Below, in pieces: positions 25,758-39,913 of a DNA stretch of 64,000 nt. Numbering within the stretch: the stretch's first letter is position 1; each line of letters begins with the position of its first letter. The stretch is from assembly GCA_965637545.1 (NCBI GenBank), contig OZ281499.1, forward strand, positions 4,464,001 through 4,528,000. Reading direction: 5' to 3'. Position numbers and translations under genes: made by a program. Below the pieces are notes generated by a model, which worked only from the letters and a program-made list of their open reading frames with translations, did no database searches and was not told the DNA's origin. Origin of the DNA: Phallusia mammillata. Lineage: Eukaryota.

Positions 25758-27591
25758 GATTTCAAAAACGAACATTATGATCGCTGGCAGTTTCTTTATT
25801 TAGTGTATATAGCATCATATAATCTTTTAGTTATTATACCTTGTATCTAACATTGCCTTGATCAATTCTATCTCTGTACGTACAAATTATAATGTATAAA
25901 CTGTACAATTTGAAATTAATTTAATACGTTACAACATATTTTCTGTACTTAATTTTAGTGATATTTTGAGCAACATCGCTAAATGGCAGTTAAAACTTTT
26001 CAATGAGGCGTAGGGGTCATATGACAATTAGTTGTTATTTGATGAGCGAAAACAACCACAACAACAAGGTAATTCCCCTAAGTAGTGAGTAAGGTTTTGT
26101 TAAGTTTTGTCGTTCACACATCGATGTGACGTCACACTTACGAAACGGTTTATTCTGTGGCGACACCAAGCGACACAAAATCAACTTATATCTTAACTGT
26201 TCAAAGGTTTGATGCTAACAAAACCGACCAAAAAAATTTTAGTCACAGTATCTCGCTGTCATTTGAGCAATAAGAAACAACATCAATTTACGCATGGAAT
26301 TTTTTATACACTTTATAGTAGTTCGTCTCTTATTAAAATCGGAACGTTGATTTGCAGTTAAACTGTGATTTTGCAAACAGTGGTTTGAGCCAAAAAGCGA
26401 AAGTTATAATAATCAAAACTATTGGGGTCGATCGCGAGACTTCAGTTTCAATCTACTTGTGGCATTAAGTTCTTCGAAGCGAAACATACGTTACTTGTGA
26501 TGATTATTTTCCCTCTGTTACCAAGGCCACAAAATAAATCATTTTCAGCATGACTAATGTTAACAATACCCCGCTATCAAAATGGTGTTTGTGCCCCACG
26601 ACCATTAAAACATCACCGTCAGTATTTGAGACAAGACAGTTACGGTATTGGTTTGTGTGCTTAACCTTACCACCTATGGGGAAGGAACTCATTGCGAGAA
26701 GGCAATAAATCAGTTGAATAAATTCGAAGTCTAAATACAGCAGCAAAAGTCGAAAGTTTGCAGAATAAGGTTGCAAACGTGCTTGCTTTGTTTACCAAAA
26801 GTTGGTGATCAAGATACAAATCGTTTTCATTTCAGCTGTTTATGTCAATATGTGTGTCGAGAAATTGGACTTGTTTAAATTGCTTTCATCTGAAGTGTGC
26901 TTGTTTTGAAAAAAACTAATTAGGCTACTTCAACTTAAAACAGGTTTTTAAACATGTCTTAATGAGCTTTTGATATGCAGACACCGTAAATTATCTCATT
27001 TTGTCAGCAAACAAAACCGCTGAAGTTTAAATTAATTTGATGTTTGCTATCCAATGTCCGATTTCGTGACTGTTATTTAGATATTTACCCAGTGTCATGC
27101 TGTCAAAAGGATAATTTGGAAACAAACGAATTAAGTTCGAAAAAGGCCTCCAAGTATACTATCACGAGTTTTTCCACCCTGCAAACTAGAAAGGAGGCTA
27201 AAGATTACGTAGTCTCTTAATTGCAATACAGGCACCACATTTATTTTGTTACAATGATATTAGTCAATTTGTCACCTATGTGAGTATGCGTTTAGCATAA
27301 CTTTGTTCACACATTTTTGTCGCAGAAGGATTGGTTTGGGTTTATAAAACCACATTTATTCGATTACCCGTGTTTGTTCGTTGTTCGTAACACATGATTA
27401 TGTAATTACAAACGGAATATATCTATGGTTGTCACTTTTGTTGTTACTTTATTGGTTTGTGTGCTTAACCCTAGCATCTGTGGGTGAGCTCCTCCTTGTA
27501 AATGTGATAAGCCTCCAAACTCACTTGAATAAGTTCAAAGTCTAAATACAGCATCAAATTTTGGAAACAGACAAAGAGTTAAGTTTGCAGA

Positions 27592-28816
27592 ATGAGTTTA
27601 TCGTTTGAAAACGTGCTTGCCTTGTTAAACTTAACCTTTGAAGTTGGTGTTCAAGATTCTGTGGATCCAAAGAGGTTTTCAAATTTTCAAGGATTATTCC
27701 GAGAAGACCTCGAATCCAGAATTCTATGCCTTCAAAACGAAGAACAAATGTTTTCATTTGAAAAACTAGAATTTTACAAAATTGAGATTGGTGCTCGAAA
27801 CGGAAAACAAGTTCTTCGAATGTTGATATCACTCACAAACAACAAAGAATTGATGAAACCTGGGAATTGTTTCGTGTTTCTTGTCAACAACGAACCAGAC
27901 AATTCACTGACTGTGCTGCAAAGTTATTGTTTCGAAGCACGAGGTGTGCCGGCTGAATCTGGAGAAGAAAGAGGTTTGTTTGCAAGAGCGTTTGATGACA
28001 AAACGTGTTTTAAGCGTCAAAAGAACCCTGAGTTTGTCGGGTACGATTCAAAAACGCTTGAAAAATTTCGTTTCACTTTATCTGAGCAATATGAGATATA
28101 CATGCAACAGAAGATGACCAATTTGGAACCAAAATATCGTCGATTGTTTTGGGGAGTTTTGTTCGACATAGCCAAATGTCACGTGATCAGCTGGAAAGTA
28201 CACAAATATATAAAAAACTTTCCAAAAGCCTCCTTTGTCAAATTAGCAATTGATAATGGATGTAGTGGAAAGTTGCAGGCGGTTTTTAACGACCACAATT
28301 TGAATGAGGACATTGAAAATATAAAAAAACAGGCTGCCAACAAAAGCTCAAGCCTAGATGAAGTTCACCAATACAAAGCAGATCTTCGTTTGAAGGGAGC
28401 TAAAACAATTATTGATCGGTGAGTAAACAGAATACCAACGTTTGTTTGAATATCTAGCTTCCATGTACTAAAAGATAACATCAATCAGAGTGTTTGTACA
28501 TCCATAACTACTGGCATTGTTCAAACAAATGGCTTGATTACAAATGTATGTGTGTTTATTTGTGATTATCAATTTGAAATAAGCCTTTTACTTTTCAAAA
28601 ACAAAAATTATACAAAAATCAATGAAATTTAGTTTGCGGTAAGTTCGCTCATGCAACAAACCGACGTAGACTTTTAATGAAGCGAATATGCATAAACATG
28701 TTTATTTAAATTTCAGTTTGTTTTATCTCAGGATTTTTCCTCCCAATGCTGAAGGAAAATATGATGGTGAAAAAGTGAAACAAGCAGCTGATGAGTTGAA
28801 CAAATTTTATGAATGA
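27592..28816 (+). CDS. Array copy 12, intact, tail A; exons 27592-28418 + 28732-28816; 303 aa
   Basis: Donor CG|GTGAGT 28419, acceptor CTCAG 28731; last exon open. Confidence 0.9.
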
Positions 28817-30276
28817 AACATCAAATACGAACATTATGATTGTTTTTAGTTTCTCTTGGTGTATATAGTAGCTTATAATCCTGTAGATCAGGTAATAGAT
28901 GTTTGCATTGCATTTAACAATGGCAGATGAATTCTGTCTCTGTGTGTACAAATTGTGATTAATAAATTGTTCGTTTTGTTACCAATGTGATGTATAAAAA
29001 CATACTTTCTGTATCTAATTTTAGTTTTGCGAAATGTTTCTAATTTGTAGTTAAAACCTTTAAACGTTGATCTACAAATCATTTTCAGTATCACTAAATA
29101 CAGCTATAAATATGGTGTTTGTGCCCCACGACCATCAAAACAATACGGTCCCCATTTAAGACAAGGCAGTTACGGTATTGGTTTGTGTGCTTAATCTTAG
29201 CACTTGTGGAGGAGGAACTCATTGTGAGAAGGCAATAAATCAGACGAATAAATTCGAACAGTAACTACAGTACCGAAATTTGAAAGTTAGCAGAATGAGG
29301 TTGCAAACGTGCTTCCTTTGGTCAACAAAGGTTGGTGATTAAGATAAAGTATACCAAACTATGTTGTGTTGATACAAATTGTTTTAATTTAACTGTTAAT
29401 GCCATTATGCATGTAGCGTAACTGGACTTGTACTGAAAAAAAACAAAACATTTGTAAGTTATATTTATACGACCGATACGGCCTTTGTTCGATTTCAACT
29501 AAGCAACAGGGAGCACAGAGCCTTTACACCCGTGAGCTGAGCATTAAGAGACAGATATTTGAAACAAATACTTAAATAGAGTAAAAACATTAAAGTTGAT
29601 GAATACGATTTCCAGAAAGATTTTCAGATATTTTACTAATGTTGTTTAAAGGCCATTATCATTCGTTCGTGTACCCGACTACAATCAATACACACCGTAT
29701 CTATTTAATTTATGACTCAAGGTTATTTGTGTTGGTCTGTGTGCTTAATCTTAGCACTTGTTGAAAGGGAACTCAATGTCATTTTGAAAAACCATCAGAA
29801 TCAGTTGAATAAATTTGAAACGTATACAGAGTACCAAAACTTGGATACAGACAGAATAGGTCAGGTTCTCGAAATAGCTTTTGAAAACGTTTTGAGTTGT
29901 CAAACATTACAGTGGTTTTTGGCTGATCAAGATTTTGTATAAACAATAGATTTTCAAAATTTCTTTTTACATTGCAAACGGACTATTGACTCGCATTCGG
30001 CTTTTACCATTATTTTTTTAAAACCACCGTACAAGAAAAGAAATACGACTTTTTTTAAATTTCTTTAATCTTAAGTTTGCTTACACCAATAAAACCAAAT
30101 AGGCCACTACAGGTTAAAACAGGTGTTTAAACATGCCTTAAGAAAGATTTGGATATGCATCGTAAATTATTTCAATTTGTCAGCAAACACAACCGCTGAA
30201 ATTTAAAATAATTTGATGTTTGCTATCCAATGTCAGATTGCCGTAAAACATTACAAACAGAAAAAAAATTGACACA

Positions 30277-31393
30277 ATGAGTTTGTCGTATGAAAACGTG
30301 CTTGCCTTGTTAAACATAACCATCGAAGTGGGTGATCAAGACTCTGTAGATCCAAAGAGGCTTTCAAATTTTCAAGGAGCTTTTCGGGACGAGCTGGAAT
30401 CCAGATTTCCACACTACGCAAATAAAGGACAAATGTTTGCTTTTGATCATCTAGAGTTTTACAAAATTGAGATTGGTGATCTCAATGGAAAACAAGTTCT
30501 TCGAATGTTGATATCACTTACAAACAACGAAGAGTTCATGAAACCTGGGAATTGTTTCGTGTTTCTTGTCAACAACAAACCAGATACTTCGCTGACGGTG
30601 CTTCACGGTTATTGTTTCGAAGCACGAGGTGTTTCGGCTGAATCGGGAGAAGAAAGAGGTTTGTTTGCAAGAGCATTTGATGACAAAAGGTGTTTCAAGC
30701 GTCAAATGTACCCAAACTTTGTCGGCTACGATTCACAAACACTTGACAAATTTCGTTCCTCATTATCTGAACAATATGAGATATACATGCAACAGAGAAT
30801 GTCCAATTTGGAACCAAAATATCGTCGATTGTTTTTTGGTGTTGTGTTGGAAATAGCAAAATGTCACGTGAGGCATTGGAAAGTTCACAAACATTTAAAA
30901 AACTTTCCAAGGTCGTCTCTTATCAAATTGACAATTGATAATGGATGTAGCGGAAAGCTGCAGGCTGTTTTTAACGACCATGATATCATAAAAGATATAT
31001 TTAAAGAAATCAGTCCACGGTTTAACGAAGAAGATAGACTTTCCCTCTATTATGCTCGTAAAGATGAACTACGAAAAGAAGGAGCAAAGTTAATTATTAA
31101 CACGTAAGTTTGCTACCTTCTGTTAGAAAAAACTCGCCATTAGTAAAATGCTAACTATGCAAATCGGTTGTAACAACATAAATGCAACCGACACACATGT
31201 CAAGTCCAAAAATGGTTTTAAAATGGACCAGTATTTCATTGCTTTTTTATATACTACCAACATGAAGCATAGTGTTTTCGCAAACGCAAATTCCCTTTCT
31301 CATTTCAGAATTTTCCCACCAACTGTTGAAGGAAAGTACGATAAATGTGAAATAACAACAGTTGCAGATGAGATGAAATCATTTTACTTGTAA
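30277..31393 (+). CDS. Array copy 13, intact, tail B; exons 30277-31103 + 31309-31393; 303 aa
   Basis: Donor AC|GTAAGT 31104, acceptor TTTCAG 31308. Confidence 0.9.
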
Positions 31394-32437
31394 AAACTTT
31401 TGCAGAAAATGGCAAGAAGCCCGAGAACGTATATTGAAGTTTTGCGATTTATTTTATTTCTAAACGTGTGAATCTCTAAATAAATAATGTGTAGTGATTG
31501 TCAGTCTATTGGCGTCATGCAAGTTACAATTGTCCAGAATTTCGACATAAAATCTGTGTTGAGTATTAATCATAAACAGGAGATGTTACACAATATTTAG
31601 TTACAAAAACACCAAATTTGATGAACGTTATACGATTTTACCCTTTAATGATTTTATGGCATCAAAAAACATATAGTCCTATAAATGATATGCAACCATG
31701 TGAGAAAGTAACTCAAACAATTTATAAACGGTTAGCATTTCGCGTACATTGTGTACAAGAGTAGACGAAATGAACCAGAACAGCAAAGGGAATTTCTTCT
31801 TAACGTGAGAAAGGTTTTCTTGCGTTTTGTCGTTCACGCTTGGATGTGACGTCACACTTACCGGACGCACTGCAGTGTGGCGACACCAAGCGACACAAAC
31901 GTTTTTCACCCCGTATATTACGATATATTTATGCAGAATATACATCACCGTATTTCACTTTACGACACAATATCTTCAGTGAATGTACAATTTGTTTCAC
32001 GATAGTCCGCTGTGTATGTACAATAGCAACTTATGTTAAGCCATATTGCTAGTTATTTTGGAAATCATTGTGGCGATCGCATGGCATAAGTTTAAATCTA
32101 CCTGTGTCAATAGTTTCTGCCAAGCGAAACTGAAGTTACTTGTTTGATTGTCACCTCTGTTCCAAAGGTCACAAAAGCTATCATTTACAAAATGACTGGT
32201 GATAACAATAAGCCGTTACGCAATTGATATTTGTTCGAAATAAAAACGTGCAAACAACATTTGATACGTGAAAAGTAAGTTACGGTGTTGGTTTGTGTGC
32301 TCAACCTTAGAAACTGTGGAGAAGGAACACATTGTGAAAGTGAGGTGTCATTACAAGCAATTGAATAAATTCAAACTTTACTGTACTGTAGTACAGTACC
32401 AAAATCTGGAAACAGACAAAAAGAGTTAAAGTCGAGA

Positions 32438-33606
32438 ATGAGTTTGTCGTTTCAAAACGTGCTTGATTTGTTAAACATAACAATTGAAGTTGTTGATCAA
32501 GATTCTGTAGATCCACAAAGATTTTCAGATTTTGAAGGAACATTTCGAGACGATTTGGAAAAAAGAACGTCGTACTTTCAAAGCCAGGGACGTAAGTTTT
32601 CGTTTGAAAACTTACAATATAACAAAATTGAGATTGGTGATCTCAATGGAAAACAAATACTTCGAATGTTGATATCACTCACAAACAACGAGGAGTTGAT
32701 GAAAGATGGAAACTGCTTTGTGTTTTATGTAAACAACGAACCAGATACTTCATTGACTGTGTTTTACAGTAAATACTGGTTCGATGCAAAAAGTGTTGCT
32801 GCCGAATCTGATGAAGATAAAGGCAACTGGGCTAAAGCTTTCGATGACAAAACATGCCAGGACAGGCAACATTACTCACGTTATGTTGGGTTGGATGACC
32901 AAACTATCAAAGAGTTCCGTTCTATTTTGCCTCAGCAATATTCAAAGTACATGACGAAAAGAATGGTTGATTTAGAGCCAAAATATCGTCGACTGTTTTG
33001 GGGAGTTTTGTTCGAAATTGCTAAGTGTCACGTGAGAGGTTGGAAAGTTTACAAACATTTAAAAAACTTTCCAAGCGCCTCCCTTATAAAGTTAGCAATT
33101 GATAATGGAAGTAGTGAAAAGTTGCAGACAGTTTTCAATGATCACAATTTGGATGAGGACATTAAAAAAATTAAAAAACAGGCTGCTAACAAAAGCTCAA
33201 GCCTAGATGAAGTTCACCAATACAAAGCAGGTCTTCGTTGGAAAGGAGCTAAAACAATTATTGATCGGTGAGTAAACAGAACACCAACGTTTGTTTGAAT
33301 ATCTAGATTCCATGTACTAAACGATAACATCAGTAGAGTGTTTGTACATCCATAACTACTGGCATTATTCAAACAAATGACTTGATTACAAATGTATGTG
33401 TATTTATTTGTGGTTATCATTTTGAAATATTTTAAAACAGCTGTGGGAAAATCAATGAAATTTAATTTTAGTTTAGCGAATATGCACAAACTTGTTTAAT
33501 TAAATTTTCGTTTTGTCTTAGGATTTTTCCTCCCAATGCTGAAGGAAAATATGATGGTGAAAAAGTGAAACAAGCAGCTGATGAAATAAAGAGATTTTAT
33601 GAATGA
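32438..33606 (+). CDS. Array copy 14, intact, tail A; exons 32438-33267 + 33522-33606; 304 aa
   Basis: Donor CG|GTGAGT 33268, acceptor CTTAG 33521. Confidence 0.9.
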
Positions 33607-34386
33607 AATATCAAATACGAACATTATGATCGCTTGCAGTTTCTTTTTAGGGTATTAAGTAGTAAATAACCTTGTCAATGTTTACCTTGTATTTGTCATT
33701 GGCTTGATGAAATGTCTCTGTACGTACAAATATGATGTAAATACTGTGCAATTTTGAAACCAATATTATATTTTAACACATACCATCTGCACTAATTTTA
33801 GTCGTTGTTTGCAAAACATTGCTAAATGGTAATTAAAACTTTTGAATGAGGCTTAAATGTCACATGATAAATATTTGTTATTTGATAAGCGAAATCAGAC
33901 ACAAAAGCAAGGGAATTCCCCTGTATACTGAGTAAGGTTACGCTCTGTTCTGTGGCGACACAATACAAACTCATACCTTAAATATTAAAACAAGGTTATG
34001 GTTTAATACAATTTAGAAAAAAGAAATAGACCAAAAATTGCAAGCTACTGCGTCGTGTTTGGTTTTCGAGCAATAACTCAGATCTAAAGAAGTGGAAAAC
34101 ATGTTTATATGAGAAATTTCCAATACAAAGATGAAGAATACTGTGATTGTTACCTCTGTCGTTAACAATAGGCCGCTGTATGCTTGGTATTCGCGTCTGG
34201 TGTCAATAATTGAGACGGGTGGTACAGGATACAACAGTTACGGTGCTGGTTTGGGTGCTCCGTTGCACCAACCGTAGCACCAGTCGTAAAGTAACTCTTT
34301 GTGAATCTAAGGGGTCATCAAATCAGTTGAAAAAATTCAAGGCCTAAATCAAAATTTAGATACAGACGAAAGAGTTATTCTTGAGA

Positions 34387-35376
34387 ATGAGTTTGTCATT
34401 TATAAACGTGCTTGCTTTGTTAAACATAACCATTGAAGTTGGTGACTTAGATACTGTAGATCCACAAAGATTTTCTGAATTTAAAAGAACTTTTCGATAC
34501 GATCTTAGGAGAAGAATTTCCTACTTTCAAAGCAGTGGAAGAACGTTTTCATTTGAAAATCTGCAATTTTACAAATTTAAGATTGGTGATCTTAATGGAA
34601 AACAAGTTCTTCAAATGTTGATATCAATTATAAACAACGAAGAGTTGATAAAAGATGAAAATTGTTTTGTGATTCTTACCAACAACGAACCAAAAATTTC
34701 ACTGATTGTGCTTTACAGATATTGGATTGAGCTACAAGGTACTTTGTCTAAATCAGATAAAGAAAAGGGAAATCGGTTTAAAGCTTTTGATGACAAATTA
34801 TGGCAGGAAAGGCAAAATAACCCACGTTCTTATTGGGTTGGATAAACAAACTATCAAAGAGTTTCGTTCCACTTTGCCTGAGCAATATTCAAAATAGATG
34901 GAGCAAAACATGGCCGATTTAGAACCAAAATATCGTCGATTGTTTTTTGGAATTACATACGAAATAGCAAAGTGTCACGTAAAAAGTTGGTCCGTGTACG
35001 AACACTTGAAGGACTTTCCTAGATCGTCTCCCATTAAGTTATCGATTGATAGTGGATGTAGTGGAAAATTACAGGCGGTTTTTAACCACCATTTTTTACA
35101 TGTTTCTTTTGTTCGTGAAACAACTACAGATCGACAGGAACAAATTACCAAAACTCAACAACAAAAAGCCGAATGGCGCAGAGAAGGAGCAAAGAAGATT
35201 ATTGATTGGTGAATCAATCTTTTATAAGCAGCTAAATAGAATATTAACACTAATAGTTGATTATTTGTGTAACTAATTTTGTCTGTCACAGGATGTTTCC
35301 ACCAAACGCAGAAGGAAAATACAATGGTAAAGAAGTAAAAAAGGCTGCTGACAAGATAAAGAGATTTTACGAATAG
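34387..35376 (+). pseudogene. Array copy 15, tail C, +1 frameshift (~34832) and TAG (~34895); last exon 35292-35376
   Basis: ORFs 34381-34845, 34706-34897 and 34898-35212 each carry part of the family sequence; lesions shared with copy 10. Confidence 0.85.
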
Positions 35377-36066
35377 ACCACGAGTTTAAACCAATATGAA
35401 TTGAACTGTAGCGAAAAGACATGAGCATCGTGAATGTAACTAGCGAAAAAAAAACACTTAAATTTTTAGATATTTAAGGCCAAAGCGATTTACCTTACAA
35501 TTTAATTTCCCCTACAATTTATTTCGTATATCGAATCAGTAAATTGAAACTCTTCATCAATCCGTTTGTGCGTTTGATCTTTGCAATGACACGTGTATTT
35601 CAGCTGTAAACTTTCACTCTTCTTTCCAGCCTTTCTTCGTTTGCTGACCATTAGTTCGCCGCTTTGTTTATATCATTTTTTGTCCCTTTGTTGAATAAGT
35701 TTAACTGCTGGTTCTAATAAGTTTTGTACTTGTGTGTATGTACGTCCATGCGTGTGAGTAAATACACAGAACTTGCATTGTAAATAGGCTTGTCGTTTAG
35801 GGCAAATAAAACACGCCTTTGTACAAATAAAAACGTCAGTGTAAATCTCTGATAAAGGGAACCAGATGGAGAAGTAGAATTTTTTGATTGAAGCAACAAT
35901 AAATTACGACAAAGGTTTAACGCAAAAAGGCCGCTGTAGTCTCCAACAAGAACCACGAAAGAAAAAAACCTCACGTCAGAACACTGACTTTCACTTTAAA
36001 CAAAGGAAAAACAAACCTCCAGTAAGAGTAAGATTTTTTATGTGATTGGGTTGTCACGCACGATTG

Positions 36067-36105
36067 TGACGTCATGCACACCAGAGTCACTGGTGTATGA
36101 CGTCA
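36067..36105. repeat. Inverted repeat with two CRE sites in C-type spacer
   Basis: tgacgtcatgcacaccag-agtca-ctggtgtatgacgtca; related at ~60147, ~9367, ~11338. Confidence 0.6.
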
Positions 36106-36144
36106 TGTATAACAAATTTTCTGGTAAGATTCCTCTGTTACAAG

Positions 36145-36577
36145 TAGTGATGGGACAAAACCAGGTTTTGAAGCGCGTACCGATACCGAGTACGAATACC
36201 ACATGTATATACCTTCGATACCAAGCACCGAGTACTTGAGTGTAGTGTTGTACTTAGCTGTATATCACTGGCTAGTTTATCTGCCATGGCCGGGGTAAAG
36301 CCATGCACACACACATGTAGAAAAATGTAATTTCCATAATTCTCCATCCATACAATAGCAAAAAAATGTGGGTAACCTGGCGGAACTTTTCCCAATTTTG
36401 TGCTGTCCGAGGTAAATACTGGCATAAAGTTGCCCGTATTCTTATGGTGTAAATCGGCCTTAGGTACTCACACGTTGGTATAAAAAACCGAGACAAAATA
36501 TTTCGATACGAGTATCGATACCACTAAAATCGTTCGATACCGTCGATACCGAGTACCGGATATCCGTCCCATCACCA
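36145..36577. mobile_element. hAT-type MITE (TAGTGATGGG ends)
   Basis: TIRs tagtgatgggac / gtcccatcacca; perfect 8-bp TSD gttacaag; internal gatacc/gtaccgag repeats. Confidence 0.9.
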
Positions 36578-36820
36578 GTTACAAGGGTCACAAATGTGAT
36601 CATTTTCAGCATGACTGATGTTAACAGTACGGCGCTGTATGCTTGGCATTTGTCCCTGACGATAACGTGATGCGTGACGCGACAGTTACGGTCTTGTTTT
36701 GTGCGCTGTGGATAAGGAACTCATGATAAATGTGAGGTACCATAAAAATCACTTAAATAAATTCGAACTTTAAAGACAGTACAAACATTTGAAAACGAAA
36801 AAGAGAGTTAAGATTGCAGA

Positions 36821-36884
36821 ATGAGTTTGTCGTTTGAAAACGTGCTTGATTTGTTGAACATAACCATTGAAGTTGGTGATCAAG
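36821..36884 (+). pseudogene. 5' stub of a deleted copy (MSLSFENVLDLLNITIEVGDQ) fused to the next promoter
   Basis: Upstream flank matches that of copy 24; after ggtgatcaag the sequence jumps to ccacgtttctagttatttt promoter sequence. Confidence 0.8.
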
Positions 36885-37278
36885 CCACGTTTCTAGTTAT
36901 TTTGGTAATCATCACGCAAGCGTGGCAATCGCATGACATGAGTTGAAAACTACCTGTACCACTAGTTATTGTGAAGTGAAACCGAAGTTACTTGTTTGAT
37001 TGTCACCTGTGTTACAAAGGTCACAATTGAGATTAATTTCAAAATGACTGGTGTTAACAATACGCCGTTAAGCAATTGATATTTGTGCGAAATCACGCTA
37101 TTGACGCTATTTGATAAGCGAATGGACAGTTACGGTGTTGGTTTGTGTGATCAACCTTAGAAGCTGTGGAGAAGGAACTCATTGTGAAAGTGAGGTTCCA
37201 TTACAAACAGTTAAAAATTCGTTACACTTTATTACAGTACCAAAATCTGGAAACAGACAAAAAGAGTCAAGTTCGAGC

Positions 37279-38275
37279 ATGAGTTTGTCGCTTCAAAACG
37301 TGCTTGATTTGTTAAACATATCAATTGAAGTTGGTGATAAAGATTCTGTAAATCCACAAAGATTTTCAGATTTTCATGGCACATTTCGAGACCACCTTAA
37401 CAAAAGAGTGGCATACTTTGAAAGTGAAGGAAACACATTTCTATTTGACGATCTTCAATTTTACAAAATGGAGACTGGTAATATGAATGGAAAACAAGTT
37501 CTTCGAATGTTGATATCACTCACAAACAATATAACTTGGATGCAAGATGGAAATTGCTTTGTGTTTCTTGTCAACAACGAAGCAGACACCTCTTTAACAG
37601 TGTTACGCAGGCACTGGTTCGAATTAATCGCCGTTTTGTTTAATTTGAAACAAGAAAGGGGCAAAGGTGAGAGCGTTTGATCACAAAACATGCGAGAAAC
37701 GGCAAATAAACCCTCAAAAATATGTCGGGTTAGATTCACAAACGATCAACATATTTCGCTCCAAATTATCTCAGCAATATGAGATGTACATGAACCAGAA
37801 GATGGCCAACCTGCAGCCTAATTATCGTCGATTGTTTTGGGGCGTTGTGTTCAAAATAGCGAAGTGTCACGTGACCCACTGGAAAGTTTACAAATATTTA
37901 AAAAACTTTCCAACCGCTTCTCTTATCAAATTAGCACTTGATAATGGATGCAGTGGAAACTTGCAGGCGACTTTTAACGAATACAATTTGGATATTTCGT
38001 CGAAGACGAGTCAAACAAGTAGTAAAGAAAAACATGTTGCGGAAGTCCACAGCATAAAAGCCAGACTACGTTCGGAGGGGGCAAAGGTCATCATTGACAA
38101 GTAAGTTAAAGAATAAGAAGGGCACAATAGTTAAAACAAATCACATTGAGTATGGTTTGTCTAAACGCTAAACTTTTCTGTTTATCACAGGATTTTTCCA
38201 CCGAATGCTGAAGGAAATTATGATGGTGAAAAAGTGAGACAAGTCACTGATGAGATGAAGAAATTTTATGAATGA
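37279..38275 (+). pseudogene. Array copy 16, tail D', single 2-bp frameshift (~37665); last exon 38191-38275
   Basis: ggggcaaaggtgagag versus ggggcaattgggtgagag in sister copy 8; splice sites intact. Confidence 0.8.
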
Positions 38276-39913
38276 GATATTAAATATTGTACGAACATTT
38301 TGTGCTATTAAACATTACGTTGCAGTTAAATTCTTCCTCTTATTGCGAATTATAGCTAATGAATAATCTTGTAACGATCTATATATTAATGTTGGTGTAG
38401 AATTGTGTGTGTAAATACGATACATTTATACTGTAGATAAATGTAACGCTTTTGTGCTAAATGAAACATATTTTTAGACAATTGAAATGTCTATGTTGAA
38501 GCCAAAAGCGGAACATACGAAATTTGTAGCGAATCAATAAGTAAAAAAGTAATAAAGTTGCAGCAGTTTCAAACCAAATACTTCAACAAACAAAGTTTCA
38601 CATTGAGAATTACTTTAACGTCACCCGAAAGGGAATACCCCATCGGTGTGAGTCAAGTTCTTTTGTGGCGCTTGTACTGTTGTGACGTCACACATAAAAG
38701 AATCACTGATGTGTGGTGACAGCAAGCGAAATTCAATCAATTTATTGGTCCTAATTTAAACACAAAGAATTAATTCACACAAATCATGCTCCTAAATTCC
38801 TTTCATGCATTTAAGTATAAGAGTTAGCTTCCTGGAAGTTCTAAATTATAAGCACATAAAACTGCTATTCAAGTTAGCAGTACAACAACAAAAAAACGTC
38901 GGGGAAAACCATACGATGCGGGTTTGGAAGATGAAATTTTTTGATACCAACCAAGTTATTGTTTAACTAAATGTTTTGAATATGGCAAATATTCCCTTCA
39001 GCGCATTTAATTAAAACCACTTCAAATTTGCCGTTTTTTTTTCATAACCGCTAAAATTCAAGAGGTTGTAGAAGCGGACACCCCACAAATGACAAAAACG
39101 CAAATCTCGTTGATGTGACCAAGCAAATCATCCAAATGGGAGCTAAAACTTAACTACGGATTTGAAAATGATGTGTGTTGTGAGAATAAAGCAAACATTT
39201 TAAGTGAAGCTTGTCATGCACGAGACTGTATAGAGCTACATTCGGGCCTTATATGTTGATTTGGCGTAGCTAAGACTATATTTGAACTGCAAAAATCTCG
39301 TTACAGATCGGTTCATCGTATGAGGTGCTTGTTTATATTGAACACTATGCCACAGAACTGACAATTACAATCGTAGACAAACTTTCAAATCGTAGACAAA
39401 CTTTCAGATGCACGTCATTTTTCTAGGTGGAAACAATACTAAAGAGGAATGTTGCATTTGTTTAGCATAAACAATGGTGTTTCCAAAGAGAAAAGCTACA
39501 TTAGTCAATAGTAGGTTTAGTATGTAGTTGAAATCTGTTCCAGGTGATAAACCACTGTGGTTTTAGGCGACAAATTGACCGAACGTAATTTTTCACCATG
39601 TCGGTTAGCGTGTACCTGTAACACAAGGGACGACCAGTTTAAATTCAGCAGACCAAACACAACTGTAACGTCATGTGACGTAGTTTGTTAAGGTGATATG
39701 TCAACCATATATGATTCAACTGTTTGTGTCAATATGCGGGTCGCGTAATTGGATATGTAGTTATTGTAAGTCATACTGTACGATCGATGTAGCTTTTGTT
39801 CGATTTTAGCTTATTCGCAGGGAGCACAAGGTTTCTAAAGCAGTATGTTGATCATTATACCTGAGGCAGACATTGGGAACATGTAACCTTAATAAGGAAA
39901 AACTAGTTGCAGA

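Noticed and set aside
36180-36570. Short gatacc/gtaccgag repeats suggesting a CRISPR-like or satellite array
   Set aside because: Irregular subterminal repeats inside a TIR/TSD-bounded MITE; no repeat-spacer periodicity; eukaryotic context
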